A DNA stretch of 50,115 bases, from contig CAYMYO010000005.1 in NCBI GenBank assembly GCA_964394685.1, forward strand, positions 1-50,115, written 5' to 3'. The notes beneath the pieces are model-generated. The model made no database searches. It was given only the letters and a program-made list of their open reading frames with translations, and had not been told where the DNA came from. Below, one piece after another: positions 1 to 9,074 of the stretch. The position numbers were made by a program, and so were the translations under genes. Source of the DNA: an uncultured Gammaproteobacteria bacterium. GTDB taxonomy: Bacteria; Patescibacteriota; Microgenomatia; UBA10105; UBA927. Within the stretch, counting starts at the first letter, position 1, and the number at the start of each line of letters is the position of its first letter.

Positions 1-148
1 AGGGATAAGTGCTGAAAGCATCTCAAGCACCAAGCCCACCCCAAGATGAAGAATCGTTATGAGATCCGTTGTAGATGACAACGTATATAGGCGAGGAGTG
101 TACGCGCCGTGAGGCGTTTAGCTTACTCGTACTAATCGATCCAAGTTG
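1..148 (+). rRNA. rrl: 23S rRNA, 3' end (partial)
   Basis: Conserved 23S 3'-domain motifs GGATAAnnGCTGAAAGCATC and ...TACTAATCG lie directly upstream of 5S. The exact 3' end is approximate. Confidence 0.93.
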
Positions 149-268
149 TGGAGAACAAAGGATTCCCGCAAAGCGGGACCTTGTTCAAATCCCAATGATC
201 TGAAGTAGTGTGGGAGATGGATTCCCCCTTATGTGTAATTACTCAATGTTCTTTTAAAAACAGAATTG

Positions 269-386
269 TCTCGGTAATTTGAGCGAGTCGGACCCACCTG
301 ATCCCATCCCGAACTCAGAAGTGAAACGATTCAGCGCTGACAATACTTGATTCGCAAGATTCTGGGAAGATAAGTCATCGCCGGGA
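269..386 (+). rRNA. rrf: 5S rRNA
   Basis: It contains CCACCTGATCCCATCCCGAACTCAGAAGTGAAAC and the ends pair (TCTCGG/CCGGGA). A flanking processing stem is formed by AAAAACAGAATTG (256-268) and CAATTCTGTTTTT (387-399). Confidence 0.96.
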
Positions 387-402
387 CAATTCTGTTTTTA
401 AT

Positions 403-432
403 AAAAATCCTCCGTTAGTCGGAGGATTTTTT
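403..432 (+). terminator. Intrinsic terminator of the rRNA operon
   Basis: Hairpin with U-tract: AAAAATCCTCCG-ttagt-CGGAGGATTTTTT. Confidence 0.85.
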
Positions 433-435
433 GTG

Positions 436-584
436 GAAACTCGGAAGTTTACCCCGAATCACCGCTCTTGCGAGGCACGGCCGTAGGCCCTGCGAGCAAG
501 TAAGGTTGATTCCGGGGTGAAACGCGTCAGCGCTGACAATACTTGATTCGCAAGATTCTGGGAAGATAAGTCAAAGCTGGGGAA
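436..584 (+). pseudogene. Degenerate 3' part of a second 5S rRNA copy, interrupted by a 70-bp element
   Basis: 518-573 matches 5S 322-377 except at two adjacent bases. GAAACTCGGAAG (436-447) resembles the 5S segment GAACTCAGAAG, and the two parts are separated by the insert 448-517. Confidence 0.8.
448..517. repeat. About 70-bp structured repeat element, copy 1
   Basis: TTTACC...GCTCTTGCGAGG...GCGAGCAAGTAAGGTTGAT...CCGG, with a homologous copy at 9298-9367. Confidence 0.75.
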
Positions 585-601
585 CTGTGGAGCGGTTTGA
601 A

Positions 602-1123
602 TCAATCTGTTTTAAGCCACATGCCCCAGTGGTTTTGTTGGGCAGCATCCTGCGCTCTTTTTAGTCTTTCATAATATTTTGGCTTTGCCATCTTGTGGTA
701 ATTGATCACCTGAGCCAATCCGTCTGCGACGAAGCGTTCATTCACAAATAGTGTATCTTTCCAGATGTACGCCAAGACGCGGCCATACAGATCTGGCTCG
801 CTTTCCGTAAATTCCAGTCTGACTCGTTTTCCGTCAACCAATTCTTTGTTGGTTTTGTAGGCTTGCGTTCCATACCGATCAGCTAGTTCCGGTGCATCGA
901 TTCCTTCATAGCGCACACGGTAGCCTCCTTCAATTTCGATGGTATCGCCATCGAGTACTCGTGTAACCAGATATTCTCCCTCAGTAAGTTGAATGGTTTT
1001 TCCGACAATGACTGTTTTTCCCGACGTTTCCCGTGGCAGAAAATAATTTACTGCTAGTCCAGAAGCAAAAGAAAGGAGTATTGCTACAATAAGGGCTAGA
1101 AGTGAAAACTTTCTTCTGTGCAT
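602..1123 (-). CDS. Thermonuclease (SNase-like) with N-terminal membrane anchor
   Basis: Motifs VLDGDTI, VRYEGIDAPE, DLYGRVLAY and NERFVADGLA. The start is placed at MHRRK, downstream of a TATACT box. Confidence 0.92.
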   Translation of the reverse strand: MHRRKFSLLALIVAILLSFASGLAVNYFLPRETSGKTVIVGKTIQLTEGEYLVTRVLDGDTIEIEGGYRVRYEGIDAPELADRYGTQAYKTNKELVDGKRVRLEFTESEPDLYGRVLAYIWKDTLFVNERFVADGLAQVINYHKMAKPKYYERLKRAQDAAQQNHWGMWLKTD

Positions 1124-1200
1124 ACTATTGTAAGTATACAAAATTTAACGGAGGAGGGTGTCTTCCTTGGGAAAATCAATGCAATGAATATATATTCTGT

Positions 1201-1536
1201 TTATCCTTTTGTATACATTACTAATACATCAACAATATTAGTTCCTGTTCCACTAGCTAGATTTTCTAATACTTGGTGTGTTTTTGCACGTTCTTCGGTG
1301 CCATATCCACCAACTCCTTTTAACATATGTGGCGCATCGGTTAACAGACAAAGATTCGTATGTTTATCATATAGAGTGCTTCCATTATCTTCAGGTTGAG
1401 ATATGCCGTTTAAATGGGCAATATCACCTGGTAATGTATCACCATCTTCAAAAGCAATTGTGTTGTTTTCTCTTACAAAGTTATGTCTGGTTGTTCCGTC
1501 CATCAGTTGCTCAAATTGTTCGAGTATTGGTGTCAT
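1201..1536 (-). CDS. Hypothetical protein (111 aa)
   Basis: ORF with an AAGGAG SD-like sequence upstream, divergent from a TrmB gene. Confidence 0.65.
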   Translation of the reverse strand: MTPILEQFEQLMDGTTRHNFVRENNTIAFEDGDTLPGDIAHLNGISQPEDNGSTLYDKHTNLCLLTDAPHMLKGVGGYGTEERAKTHQVLENLASGTGTNIVDVLVMYTKG

Positions 1537-1614
1537 AGACTCTCCTTTCTTTTCGTGTGTGGTATAGTATCAAATAGATTGTTAAATTAACGTAGAGATG
1601 TTAAAATATACTCA

Positions 1615-2388
1615 ATGAAACTACAAAATGAGGCTAAAATACATGAAGAATCTGTCAAAACATTAGTTACCCTTGGGTTGTCTCGCGATGAAGCACGTTG
1701 TTATGCTTTATTAATAAGTAAAGGGTCACTCAAAGCAGGGGAGCTGGCTAGTCAGATGGATATATACCCAAATGCCGTGTATCGGATTATGAAGCGGTTG
1801 GAGAAGAAAGGATTTATCGTATCTCTCGATACGCATCCGGTGACGTTTCAAGCTATCACACCGCGTATTGCAATTTCGGCATATATTGATATGAAAGAAA
1901 AAACGCTCGAGGAGATGCGGCACATATCGCTAAAATCGTTCCAAGAAGAAAAGAGTGTCTTATCTACAAAAGTCGATATCCAAACCGGGAAAAAACAGAT
2001 GTTTGATACATACATTAGTCTTGCGAAGCAGGCAAAAAAAGAAATCTGTATCATTTCTTTAGGTGAACCGGTTCCTGATGAACTAAAGTTAGTCAATCGC
2101 GATGCGATAGAACATGGTGTCCAATTGCAATTTATTTCGCATAGATATACGAATGAGAATCATGAGTTGCTTCGAAGTTGGGTACGGATGGGGATGGAAG
2201 TACGGCATTATTCAGGAGGAGGCTTTCATTTACAGATATTTGATGGGAAAACAAGTGTTCTGACAGCAAGTAATCCAAAAAATACCTCCGAACGAACGAG
2301 TATGGTGATTTATAACGAAGGTATCTCCATCGTGTTACGGGACTATTTTTCATCCGTGTGGCAAAAGGCAACACCTATCAAAGGATAA
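1615..2388 (+). CDS. TrmB-family transcriptional regulator
   Basis: N-terminal LGLS..EA..Y..L wHTH (VYRIMKRLEKKG) plus a C-terminal PLD-like sensing domain. Confidence 0.88.
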   Translation: MKLQNEAKIHEESVKTLVTLGLSRDEARCYALLISKGSLKAGELASQMDIYPNAVYRIMKRLEKKGFIVSLDTHPVTFQAITPRIAISAYIDMKEKTLEEMRHISLKSFQEEKSVLSTKVDIQTGKKQMFDTYISLAKQAKKEICIISLGEPVPDELKLVNRDAIEHGVQLQFISHRYTNENHELLRSWVRMGMEVRHYSGGGFHLQIFDGKTSVLTASNPKNTSERTSMVIYNEGISIVLRDYFSSVWQKATPIKG

Positions 2389-2453
2389 ACAAATAATTTC
2401 TCGTGGAGCGGTTTTTTCGTGGAAAAAAACTAAAGTAATTGTTTTAAACAACA

Positions 2454-2747
2454 TTAATATACTCCATCAATAACATAGTTGCCAACTCTGTAAACAATTA
2501 CAGATTCACCATGTAAATAATTATTCGGTCTTGTACACTCTGGTTCACTTATATCACTCCATTCTTGAACTAATACACGTAAATCAGAACGTGCTTGACC
2601 AAGATCTTCCGCATTCGGATCGACTGGGACTTGACCGATTTCTGCATCAAGACTGAGACGACCACAAATATCTTGAGCTTTACACCAGTCTTGATATAAG
2701 CATCCAATCATTCCAGTTGCCTTTAATGCGATCGGTCGTTCTGTCAT
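2454..2747 (-). CDS. Hypothetical protein (97 aa)
   Basis: ORF with TAAAAT 7 nt before the ATG. No recognisable family. Confidence 0.55.
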   Translation of the reverse strand: MTERPIALKATGMIGCLYQDWCKAQDICGRLSLDAEIGQVPVDPNAEDLGQARSDLRVLVQEWSDISEPECTRPNNYLHGESVIVYRVGNYVIDGVY

Positions 2748-2799
2748 GAGTGGTATTTTACTCTATTTAGGCAAGAAATTCCCTATTTGCGGAAAATGC

Positions 2800-3564
2800 T
2801 TAGGGTATTTTACTCCCTTTTTCCCATAATTTGAAATAAATCTGTCGTTGGGCTTCAACAAAAAGCGGATTGTGAAATACGATACCAATTCGTTCATCCG
2901 AATGTTCTTTTTGCCGTATTTGAATAATTGCAGTATTACTATCGTATATTACCAGTGAACAACCGAGTGAGGATGAAGTATTATGGCGAATAGACCATCC
3001 ATTTTGTTTCCAATAATGTAACAATTCTTTATTGGCTTTATCATATGTTTCAACAAGAAGCTGGACGACAACTCCACGCCCTACTGCCTCGCAGAGCGCG
3101 ACAAATACTTCCTGCGGTATAGGTTCTCCGATTGAATAAACGAATATTTCTTTTTTTGCGCGTGGGATAAGAGTCATATCATGGGAAAAAATTTCTTTCT
3201 TATCCTGAAGCACATCAATACGGAGTTCTTCTTGTGGATTTTTTCGTTTTTGCAATTGTTTTTCTAGCTCCTGTTCTTTAGCGAGATCTTCTTGATACCG
3301 TTTATCAATTAGTTGTTTGAGGGAAATAGAGGGACTAAGTGCCCGAATCTTGATGGGTTTGGTCCCTGATGTATGGACCAATTGTTTTTCGCGCAGTGAT
3401 TTGAGTGTCCTATGGGCGCTCGGGCCAAGAATATGGAGCGTTGTTGCAATATCAGCAATGGTGATGAGAGGCGAGTCCAAAGCCAAAAGGTATATGGCAG
3501 CTTCCTGTCGAGTGAGGCCAAGATTAACAAGGTTTTGTATACGTATATCGTCTGTATTTTTCAT
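2800..3564 (-). CDS. TrmB-family transcriptional regulator (paralog)
   Basis: LGLTRQEAAIYL HTH. It shares AKKEI..SIGEP motifs with 1615-2388. Confidence 0.88.
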   Translation of the reverse strand: MKNTDDIRIQNLVNLGLTRQEAAIYLLALDSPLITIADIATTLHILGPSAHRTLKSLREKQLVHTSGTKPIKIRALSPSISLKQLIDKRYQEDLAKEQELEKQLQKRKNPQEELRIDVLQDKKEIFSHDMTLIPRAKKEIFVYSIGEPIPQEVFVALCEAVGRGVVVQLLVETYDKANKELLHYWKQNGWSIRHNTSSSLGCSLVIYDSNTAIIQIRQKEHSDERIGIVFHNPLFVEAQRQIYFKLWEKGSKIP

Positions 3565-3650
3565 AGATTGGCGATAATTATAACATATTTAAGTTATAGA
3601 TACTATCTCCTTGTTACAATATAGCCTATAAGTTTAAGGAGGTGAGATGT

Positions 3651-3827
3651 ATGGAAATATATAAACATTTTTATAATACTTACGGAAGTGTAGAAGAAGA
3701 GTTTCAAAAGCGCTACGGTAAGAAGAAAATAGATGAAACACTGAAACCGCTTTCTGAAGAAGATAAAGAAGAAATTGAAAATATGGATTTGCTTGATGGT
3801 ATTGAGGATTACATGCTTGGAAAATAG
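3651..3827 (+). CDS. Small acidic hypothetical protein
   Basis: Strong AAGGAGGT SD at about 3636 upstream of the ATG. Confidence 0.6.
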   Translation: MEIYKHFYNTYGSVEEEFQKRYGKKKIDETLKPLSEEDKEEIENMDLLDGIEDYMLGK

Positions 3828-3880
3828 CTTTGGTTCATGTATAATTACCACATTCTCAAAAAGAAAGGCGGTATACATGC

Positions 3881-5029
3881 ATGGCATTAAAGAAAAAGTT
3901 AGATAAACCCTCCTCCGCCAAGGCTACGGCGGGCGAAGTAAAAAAGTCCCAAGCTACTACCATGGAGGAACTGTTGTCGCAAACAGGATACTCGCTTAAA
4001 GGCGTGAAAAAAGGCGACACAGTTGAAGGAATAGTTTCCCGGGTTTCCCATAAAGAAGTCACCATTGATATTGGCGGAAAAACAGAAGGAGTGGTCATTG
4101 ATCGGGAACTGGAAACCTACAAAGACACCATCATGGCACTCAAGGTTGGCGATAAAGTAACGGCACTTGTGATTGTTCCGGAAAACGATCGCGGACAGTC
4201 AGTGCTATCTCTTCGTAAAAGTATTTTTGAAAAACAATGGACAGATTTAACTAATCATCAAAAAAATAGTGAGCCAATCGAAGTACTTCTCAAAGAACTC
4301 GTTCGTGGAGGAATGCTTGTTGATTGTGTCGGACTTCGAGGATATATCCCACAATCTCAGTTTGATGGAAATACATTTAAGCAACTTGATCGGATGGTCG
4401 GACGTCGTATTCAGGTTAAGGTCATGGAAGTAGATCAGGCGACCAACCGTTTGATTTTCTCCCAACGAGCAATGACAGAAGAAGCAAATCTCGCCAAACA
4501 AAAGGAACTCCTGGAACTGGTTAAAGTCGGCGACACAGTTGAAGCAAAAATTACCGGCGTTGTTCCATTTGGAGCATTTGCAAAGTTTACGGTTGAAAAA
4601 GACGGTGAAAAACAGGATATTGAGGGTCTCATTCATATTTCAGAAATTGCATGGGAAAAAGTCGAAGACACCCAGCAATATCTCAAAACCAACGATACCG
4701 TGAAAGTTAAAATCATCGGTATTGATGAGAAATCCGGAAAATTGACATTGTCACTCAAACAACTGTTACCTGATCCATGGGAACATGTCTTGGATATGTT
4801 TGAGAAAGATACGCAGGTAAAAGGAAAAGTATCCCGCGTATCTCCATATGGCGTCTTTGTAAACCTGACTCCGGGAGTTGATGGACTTATTCATATCAGT
4901 AAAATTTCTCCGGGGGAAGAGCCAAAGGTGGGAGATGAGATCATTGTTAATATTGAAGATATCCAACCGGACAAACGAAAAATCAGTTTGTCCATGACGC
5001 TGAAAGAAAAGCCGATTGGCTATCGGTAA
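3881..5029 (+). CDS. rpsA: 30S ribosomal protein S1 (4 S1 domains)
   Basis: Repeated S1 motifs such as FGAF, EGLIHISEI and DGLIHISKI. Confidence 0.93.
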   Translation: MALKKKLDKPSSAKATAGEVKKSQATTMEELLSQTGYSLKGVKKGDTVEGIVSRVSHKEVTIDIGGKTEGVVIDRELETYKDTIMALKVGDKVTALVIVPENDRGQSVLSLRKSIFEKQWTDLTNHQKNSEPIEVLLKELVRGGMLVDCVGLRGYIPQSQFDGNTFKQLDRMVGRRIQVKVMEVDQATNRLIFSQRAMTEEANLAKQKELLELVKVGDTVEAKITGVVPFGAFAKFTVEKDGEKQDIEGLIHISEIAWEKVEDTQQYLKTNDTVKVKIIGIDEKSGKLTLSLKQLLPDPWEHVLDMFEKDTQVKGKVSRVSPYGVFVNLTPGVDGLIHISKISPGEEPKVGDEIIVNIEDIQPDKRKISLSMTLKEKPIGYR

Positions 5030-5031
5030 TT

Positions 5032-6330
5032 ATGAGATCGCATACGTCATTCGTGTGTCAGCAATGCAGCGCGCAGTTTCCTCAGTGGTATGGAAAATGT
5101 CCCAGTTGTGGTGAGTGGAATACGTTGGTCGAAACAGTAAAAGCCCCACTTCGTCCGCCAGCTGGCGGACTACGAGGGGTAAATCCGTCAATTCCACAGA
5201 AGTTATCTGATGTAAAACACATTGAAAAAAATAGATTGAAAAGCGGATTTATGGAATTTGACCGCGTCATGGGTGGGGGAATTGTCACCGGATCAGTAAC
5301 TCTTCTTGCCGGTGACCCGGGAATTGGAAAATCAACACTGCTTCTTCATGTGTTGTCTGCTATTGGCGGCTTGTATGTTTCAGGAGAAGAATCAGGAGAA
5401 CAAATAAAACTGCGGGCAAAACGCATGCATGTAGATGGAACTAACATCATGGTGCTCGCTGAAACAGTATTAGAGGGCATTACAGAGGCTTTGGTAAAAA
5501 CCACCTCTTCACTTATCGTTATTGATTCAATTCAAACGATGTCTTCGCAAGAACTTGATGGAATGGCCGGTTCTGTCGGGCAAATCCGGTATTGCGCAGA
5601 ACAACTCGTGTTGTTTGCAAAATCACGCGGTACCCCCATTCTTATCATTGGTCATGTAACCAAAGAGGGGGAGATAGCAGGGCCCAAAGTACTTGAACAT
5701 ATGGTGGATACAGTACTTTATTTAGAAGGAGAACGGTATCAAGACGCACGAATTCTTCGAACGCTAAAAAATCGGTTTGGGCCCATTGAAGAAGTCGGAA
5801 TTTTTGAAATGAAGGAAATAGGACTAAAGGAAATAGCAAATCCAAGCGAGATATTTCTTCAAGATCGAGTAAAGAATGTACCTGGGTCTGTAGTCACTGT
5901 TGTCATGGAAGGATCTCGCCCGCTTCTTGTTGAAATTCAAGCATTAGTGGTTTCTAGTCAACTTCCAATACCCCGCAGAGTTACTAATGGTTTTGATTAT
6001 AATCGTCTGCAACTGATTACTGCCATTTTATCTAAGCGACTTGGAATTCCCCTTGGAACCAGTGATGTTTTTGTAAACGTCAGTGGAGGACTCAAACTTA
6101 CCGAACCAGCAGCAGATCTAGCGGTAGCACTCGCAATTCTTTCATCGTTTAAAAACAAACCTGTTGATGTAAAAGCAGTTGTGTTTGGAGAATTAGGACT
6201 TCTCGGAGAAGTTCGACGCGTTGGGCAAGAAGAGCGTCGTATTAAAGAATCTAAACGTTTAGGATTTACAACTATTATTTCTCCAGAACGTACAAAAAAC
6301 TTGAAGCTTGCATCTCAATTACTCGGATAG
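5032..6330 (+). CDS. radA: DNA repair protein RadA/Sms
   Basis: Zn finger CxxC..CxxC, Walker A GDPGIGKST, KNRFG motif and a Lon-like C-terminus. Confidence 0.98.
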   Translation: MRSHTSFVCQQCSAQFPQWYGKCPSCGEWNTLVETVKAPLRPPAGGLRGVNPSIPQKLSDVKHIEKNRLKSGFMEFDRVMGGGIVTGSVTLLAGDPGIGKSTLLLHVLSAIGGLYVSGEESGEQIKLRAKRMHVDGTNIMVLAETVLEGITEALVKTTSSLIVIDSIQTMSSQELDGMAGSVGQIRYCAEQLVLFAKSRGTPILIIGHVTKEGEIAGPKVLEHMVDTVLYLEGERYQDARILRTLKNRFGPIEEVGIFEMKEIGLKEIANPSEIFLQDRVKNVPGSVVTVVMEGSRPLLVEIQALVVSSQLPIPRRVTNGFDYNRLQLITAILSKRLGIPLGTSDVFVNVSGGLKLTEPAADLAVALAILSSFKNKPVDVKAVVFGELGLLGEVRRVGQEERRIKESKRLGFTTIISPERTKNLKLASQLLG

Positions 6331-6332
6331 AT

Positions 6333-7727
6333 TTATTTCCCTAGTGATGATTCTTGTTGAACAACAGTGGACTTCATGAGTTCAATTGGAGATAAATAAC
6401 TTCTCATACGTTGATTAGACATAATAAACATAACAAGTATCACCATAATTGTTTCACCGATAAGCCACATAATGGTAAGAGCAAAATTTGCAATAGCCCA
6501 TGAAATGCCTTTTTTAATCGCAATAAAAATTGTAGGCAAAAACAGAAGACATAACCACAATCCAAAAGAAATCAAAAGAACAAGTACCCTCAATATATTG
6601 CTGCTGTCATAATCAAGAGAATGCATGTTGTTTATCAGTGCAAAAACCAAGAAGAAACAAATGACTGATCCAGTTAAAATCACAGAACTGATGAAACTGA
6701 CAGACGCAACAAGAACGATATTATTTGTTTGCGTTACTGTCTGTGATTTAGGAGTTACTGTTGTTGCGCTATTCATTTTTTTCATTATGGAGCGGATAAG
6801 AAACCAGATAAGAGAAAGAAAGAGAATACCTATTATTACTCCCCAAAATATTTCGTTTATATACAGTTTCCATCTGGCATCTGCGTAGCTTCCACGAACA
6901 GTGTAGCTATCCAGCGGTTGGAGCGATTTAGCAGTTTTCGTTATTTCACCTGAACCAATAGACGGGATATATTCATCCAGCCGTTGACTTGCCACGGGAG
7001 CCGCAGACATTTTTGCAGTTTCCATACCGGTTGTCACGTCAGTAAATCGATAGGAAATGCTTCCTTTAACGCCTTTAAGAAATAAGTCGCTGTCTGTAGT
7101 GATGCCAACTTGAAGATCTTCAATTGTTTCATTGACTTTGAGTGTTTCAAATGTGTATTTCAAAGCGCCTGTGATTGTTTTTTTCACATATCCGACACCA
7201 CGAAACGTAATAAGGATGCTCCCAGTTTGATTGGGATTAATAGTTTTGGGCAACGTAATAGTAAATTCATCTCCCTTGATGGATGTTGTTGCCTTTTGGT
7301 ATTTTGTTCCTCCGTCCCAGTAATAGTCAAAGTTTGGATATTCATATTCAGCGCAGCGCGGATTTATAGACGGATCAATTGCAGGAGACAGTTGAATTTT
7401 CGGAAGGTCATCAAGATATCTTCGACATACAGGATCTCGAATGATCTGATATACCTGCAAATTATCAGGAGTGATGCGCGGAACCCGGTAAGTAAGTGAA
7501 GAAATTTTTGCAGTTGTCTGGTTAGAAAAAACAATTTGCGCTGTTACAATCGCCTCGCCATTACCCCGAAGAAGAACTGTATACTTATGATTTTGACCAA
7601 GAATGGAGAAGGAACTATTCGGAGGAAGTGGCGCAATCATCATTTTTTCAACTGTTTGTGCGTATATGGGCTGAAAAAGAGAAGAGACACAAGAAAGAAG
7701 AACAAGAAACATGATGATCTTTTTCAT
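6333..7727 (-). CDS. Hypothetical protein with signal peptide and 4 C-terminal TM helices
   Basis: 464-aa ORF with an N-terminal signal and hydrophobic C-terminal segments. Confidence 0.85.
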   Translation of the reverse strand: MKKIIMFLVLLSCVSSLFQPIYAQTVEKMMIAPLPPNSSFSILGQNHKYTVLLRGNGEAIVTAQIVFSNQTTAKISSLTYRVPRITPDNLQVYQIIRDPVCRRYLDDLPKIQLSPAIDPSINPRCAEYEYPNFDYYWDGGTKYQKATTSIKGDEFTITLPKTINPNQTGSILITFRGVGYVKKTITGALKYTFETLKVNETIEDLQVGITTDSDLFLKGVKGSISYRFTDVTTGMETAKMSAAPVASQRLDEYIPSIGSGEITKTAKSLQPLDSYTVRGSYADARWKLYINEIFWGVIIGILFLSLIWFLIRSIMKKMNSATTVTPKSQTVTQTNNIVLVASVSFISSVILTGSVICFFLVFALINNMHSLDYDSSNILRVLVLLISFGLWLCLLFLPTIFIAIKKGISWAIANFALTIMWLIGETIMVILVMFIMSNQRMRSYLSPIELMKSTVVQQESSLGK

Positions 7728-7774
7728 ATGCTATACTAGCATAGTATTTATCACTATTTAATGTCAATGATTGC

Positions 7775-8527
7775 ATGAAGAAAACTGTGGTTAAACCAAC
7801 GAGAGCGTTTACGAAAGAACTCGCCCGGGAGATCGTAAAAAATTTAACAGCGCTCGGAAAACTCACTGCACGGCCATTTCAACGACCGATTCCCATTGAA
7901 CCCCAGCCTCTTATACGTCCGAAAGGTGAATATCCAATTCTTGTTGATACCAGTGTTTTTATAGATGGCAGGATTTTTGCAATTGTAAACAGTGGATTTC
8001 TTGTTGCAACGCTTTTGGTATCGCAAAGCGTTTTAGGCGAGCTGCAGCATATTGCTGATAGTGCAGATAGCATCAGACGGGCTAAAGGGAGAAGGGGACT
8101 TGACGTTCTTAATGCGCTCAAAAACCAAAAAAACAATCCAGGAGTGAGCCTCAAAATCATTTCTGATATTCAGAAAGAAGCAGTTGTGGTTGATCAGAAG
8201 CTCATTCAATTGGCAAAACTTTGGAAATGCAGGTTACTTACTGTTGATTTTAATCTCGCTCAGGTAGCACGGGCTCAAGGAATTAAAGTCATGAATATCA
8301 ATGATCTTGCGCAGGCACTGAAAGTTGCTCTTATTACTGGTGAAGAAGTAACCGTGAAAATAACACATGTTGGAAAAGAACGGCAGCAGGGGGTAGGGTA
8401 TCTTTCTGATGGAACCATGGTTGTTGTGGAAGAGACAAAAGATAAGGTGGGGCAGGAGATCGTGGTTATCATTACCAAAGTTCATCAAACACCAGCAGGT
8501 CAACTCTTCTTCGCACGGCTAAAGTAA
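7775..8527 (+). CDS. PIN/TRAM domain protein (YacL-like), lacking the N-terminal TM region
   Basis: PIN motifs VDTSVFIDGR, ELQHIADS and RGRRGLD-like, plus TRAM motifs GKE..QGVGYL.DGTMVVVE. Confidence 0.92.
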   Translation: MKKTVVKPTRAFTKELAREIVKNLTALGKLTARPFQRPIPIEPQPLIRPKGEYPILVDTSVFIDGRIFAIVNSGFLVATLLVSQSVLGELQHIADSADSIRRAKGRRGLDVLNALKNQKNNPGVSLKIISDIQKEAVVVDQKLIQLAKLWKCRLLTVDFNLAQVARAQGIKVMNINDLAQALKVALITGEEVTVKITHVGKERQQGVGYLSDGTMVVVEETKDKVGQEIVVIITKVHQTPAGQLFFARLK

Positions 8528-8646
8528 GTTTTCCCGAAGTTATCCACATAAATATGTTCAAAGTTATTTAGAGCGTACGAATGTGTTTATTAGCATAAAA
8601 AAGACTATAAGACTAGCGTATTTGCAAAGTAATTTTCCTATGGGAC

Positions 8647-8675
8647 TTGACAAGACCAAAAAAAAGGTTTTCAAT
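8647..8675 (+). promoter_or_regulatory. sigma70-type promoter, probably leaderless
   Basis: TTGACA-17 nt-TTCAAT, then 6 nt, then ATG at 8682. Confidence 0.65.
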
Positions 8676-8681
8676 AGTGTT

Positions 8682-8855
8682 ATGTCAGTAAAACTACTGC
8701 TCAAGCAGATGGGTTTGGGAAGTAAATTAGGGGAAAGCTCGAAGTCACGGGTTTCTCCTCTTGTCCGTGAACGTCAACGCTTCGAGGAAGAAGTGCGGAA
8801 GCAGTTTATGGAACTGAAGAAAAAAGGGATTAGTATCCCTGTATTTACACTATAA
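8682..8855 (+). CDS. Small basic hypothetical protein (57 aa)
   Basis: ORF MSVKLLLKQ...IPVFTL lies between a promoter and a terminator. Confidence 0.7.
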   Translation: MSVKLLLKQMGLGSKLGESSKSRVSPLVRERQRFEEEVRKQFMELKKKGISIPVFTL

Positions 8856-8882
8856 CAACAATCGTACTAGCAGATTTGGGGG

Positions 8883-8912
8883 AAAAGACCACCGAGAGGT
8901 GGTCTTTTTTTA
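8883..8912. terminator. Bidirectional intrinsic terminator
   Basis: AAAAGACCACC-gaga-GGTGGTCTTTTTTT. Confidence 0.85.
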
Positions 8913-9044
8913 TGGGTGTTTCCCATTAAAAAAGCATCACTACCGCTAGCAGATTTGGGTTTGGGTCATTCTTGCGAATGATTTTTGCTACGAATAGTAA
9001 TGCTTTTTCTTATCGGTATTGCCGTACGCAACACCTTATATCGC

Positions 9045-9074
9045 AGAATACCAATCACCAATATTTATTGTCAA
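9045..9074 (-). promoter_or_regulatory. sigma70-type promoter upstream of a long hairpin
   Basis: Minus strand reads TTGACA-18 nt-(TGG)TATTCT. Confidence 0.6.

Noticed and set aside
8540-8548. Perfect DnaA box TTATCCACA
   Set aside because: It is a single isolated box, which is insufficient for an origin call.
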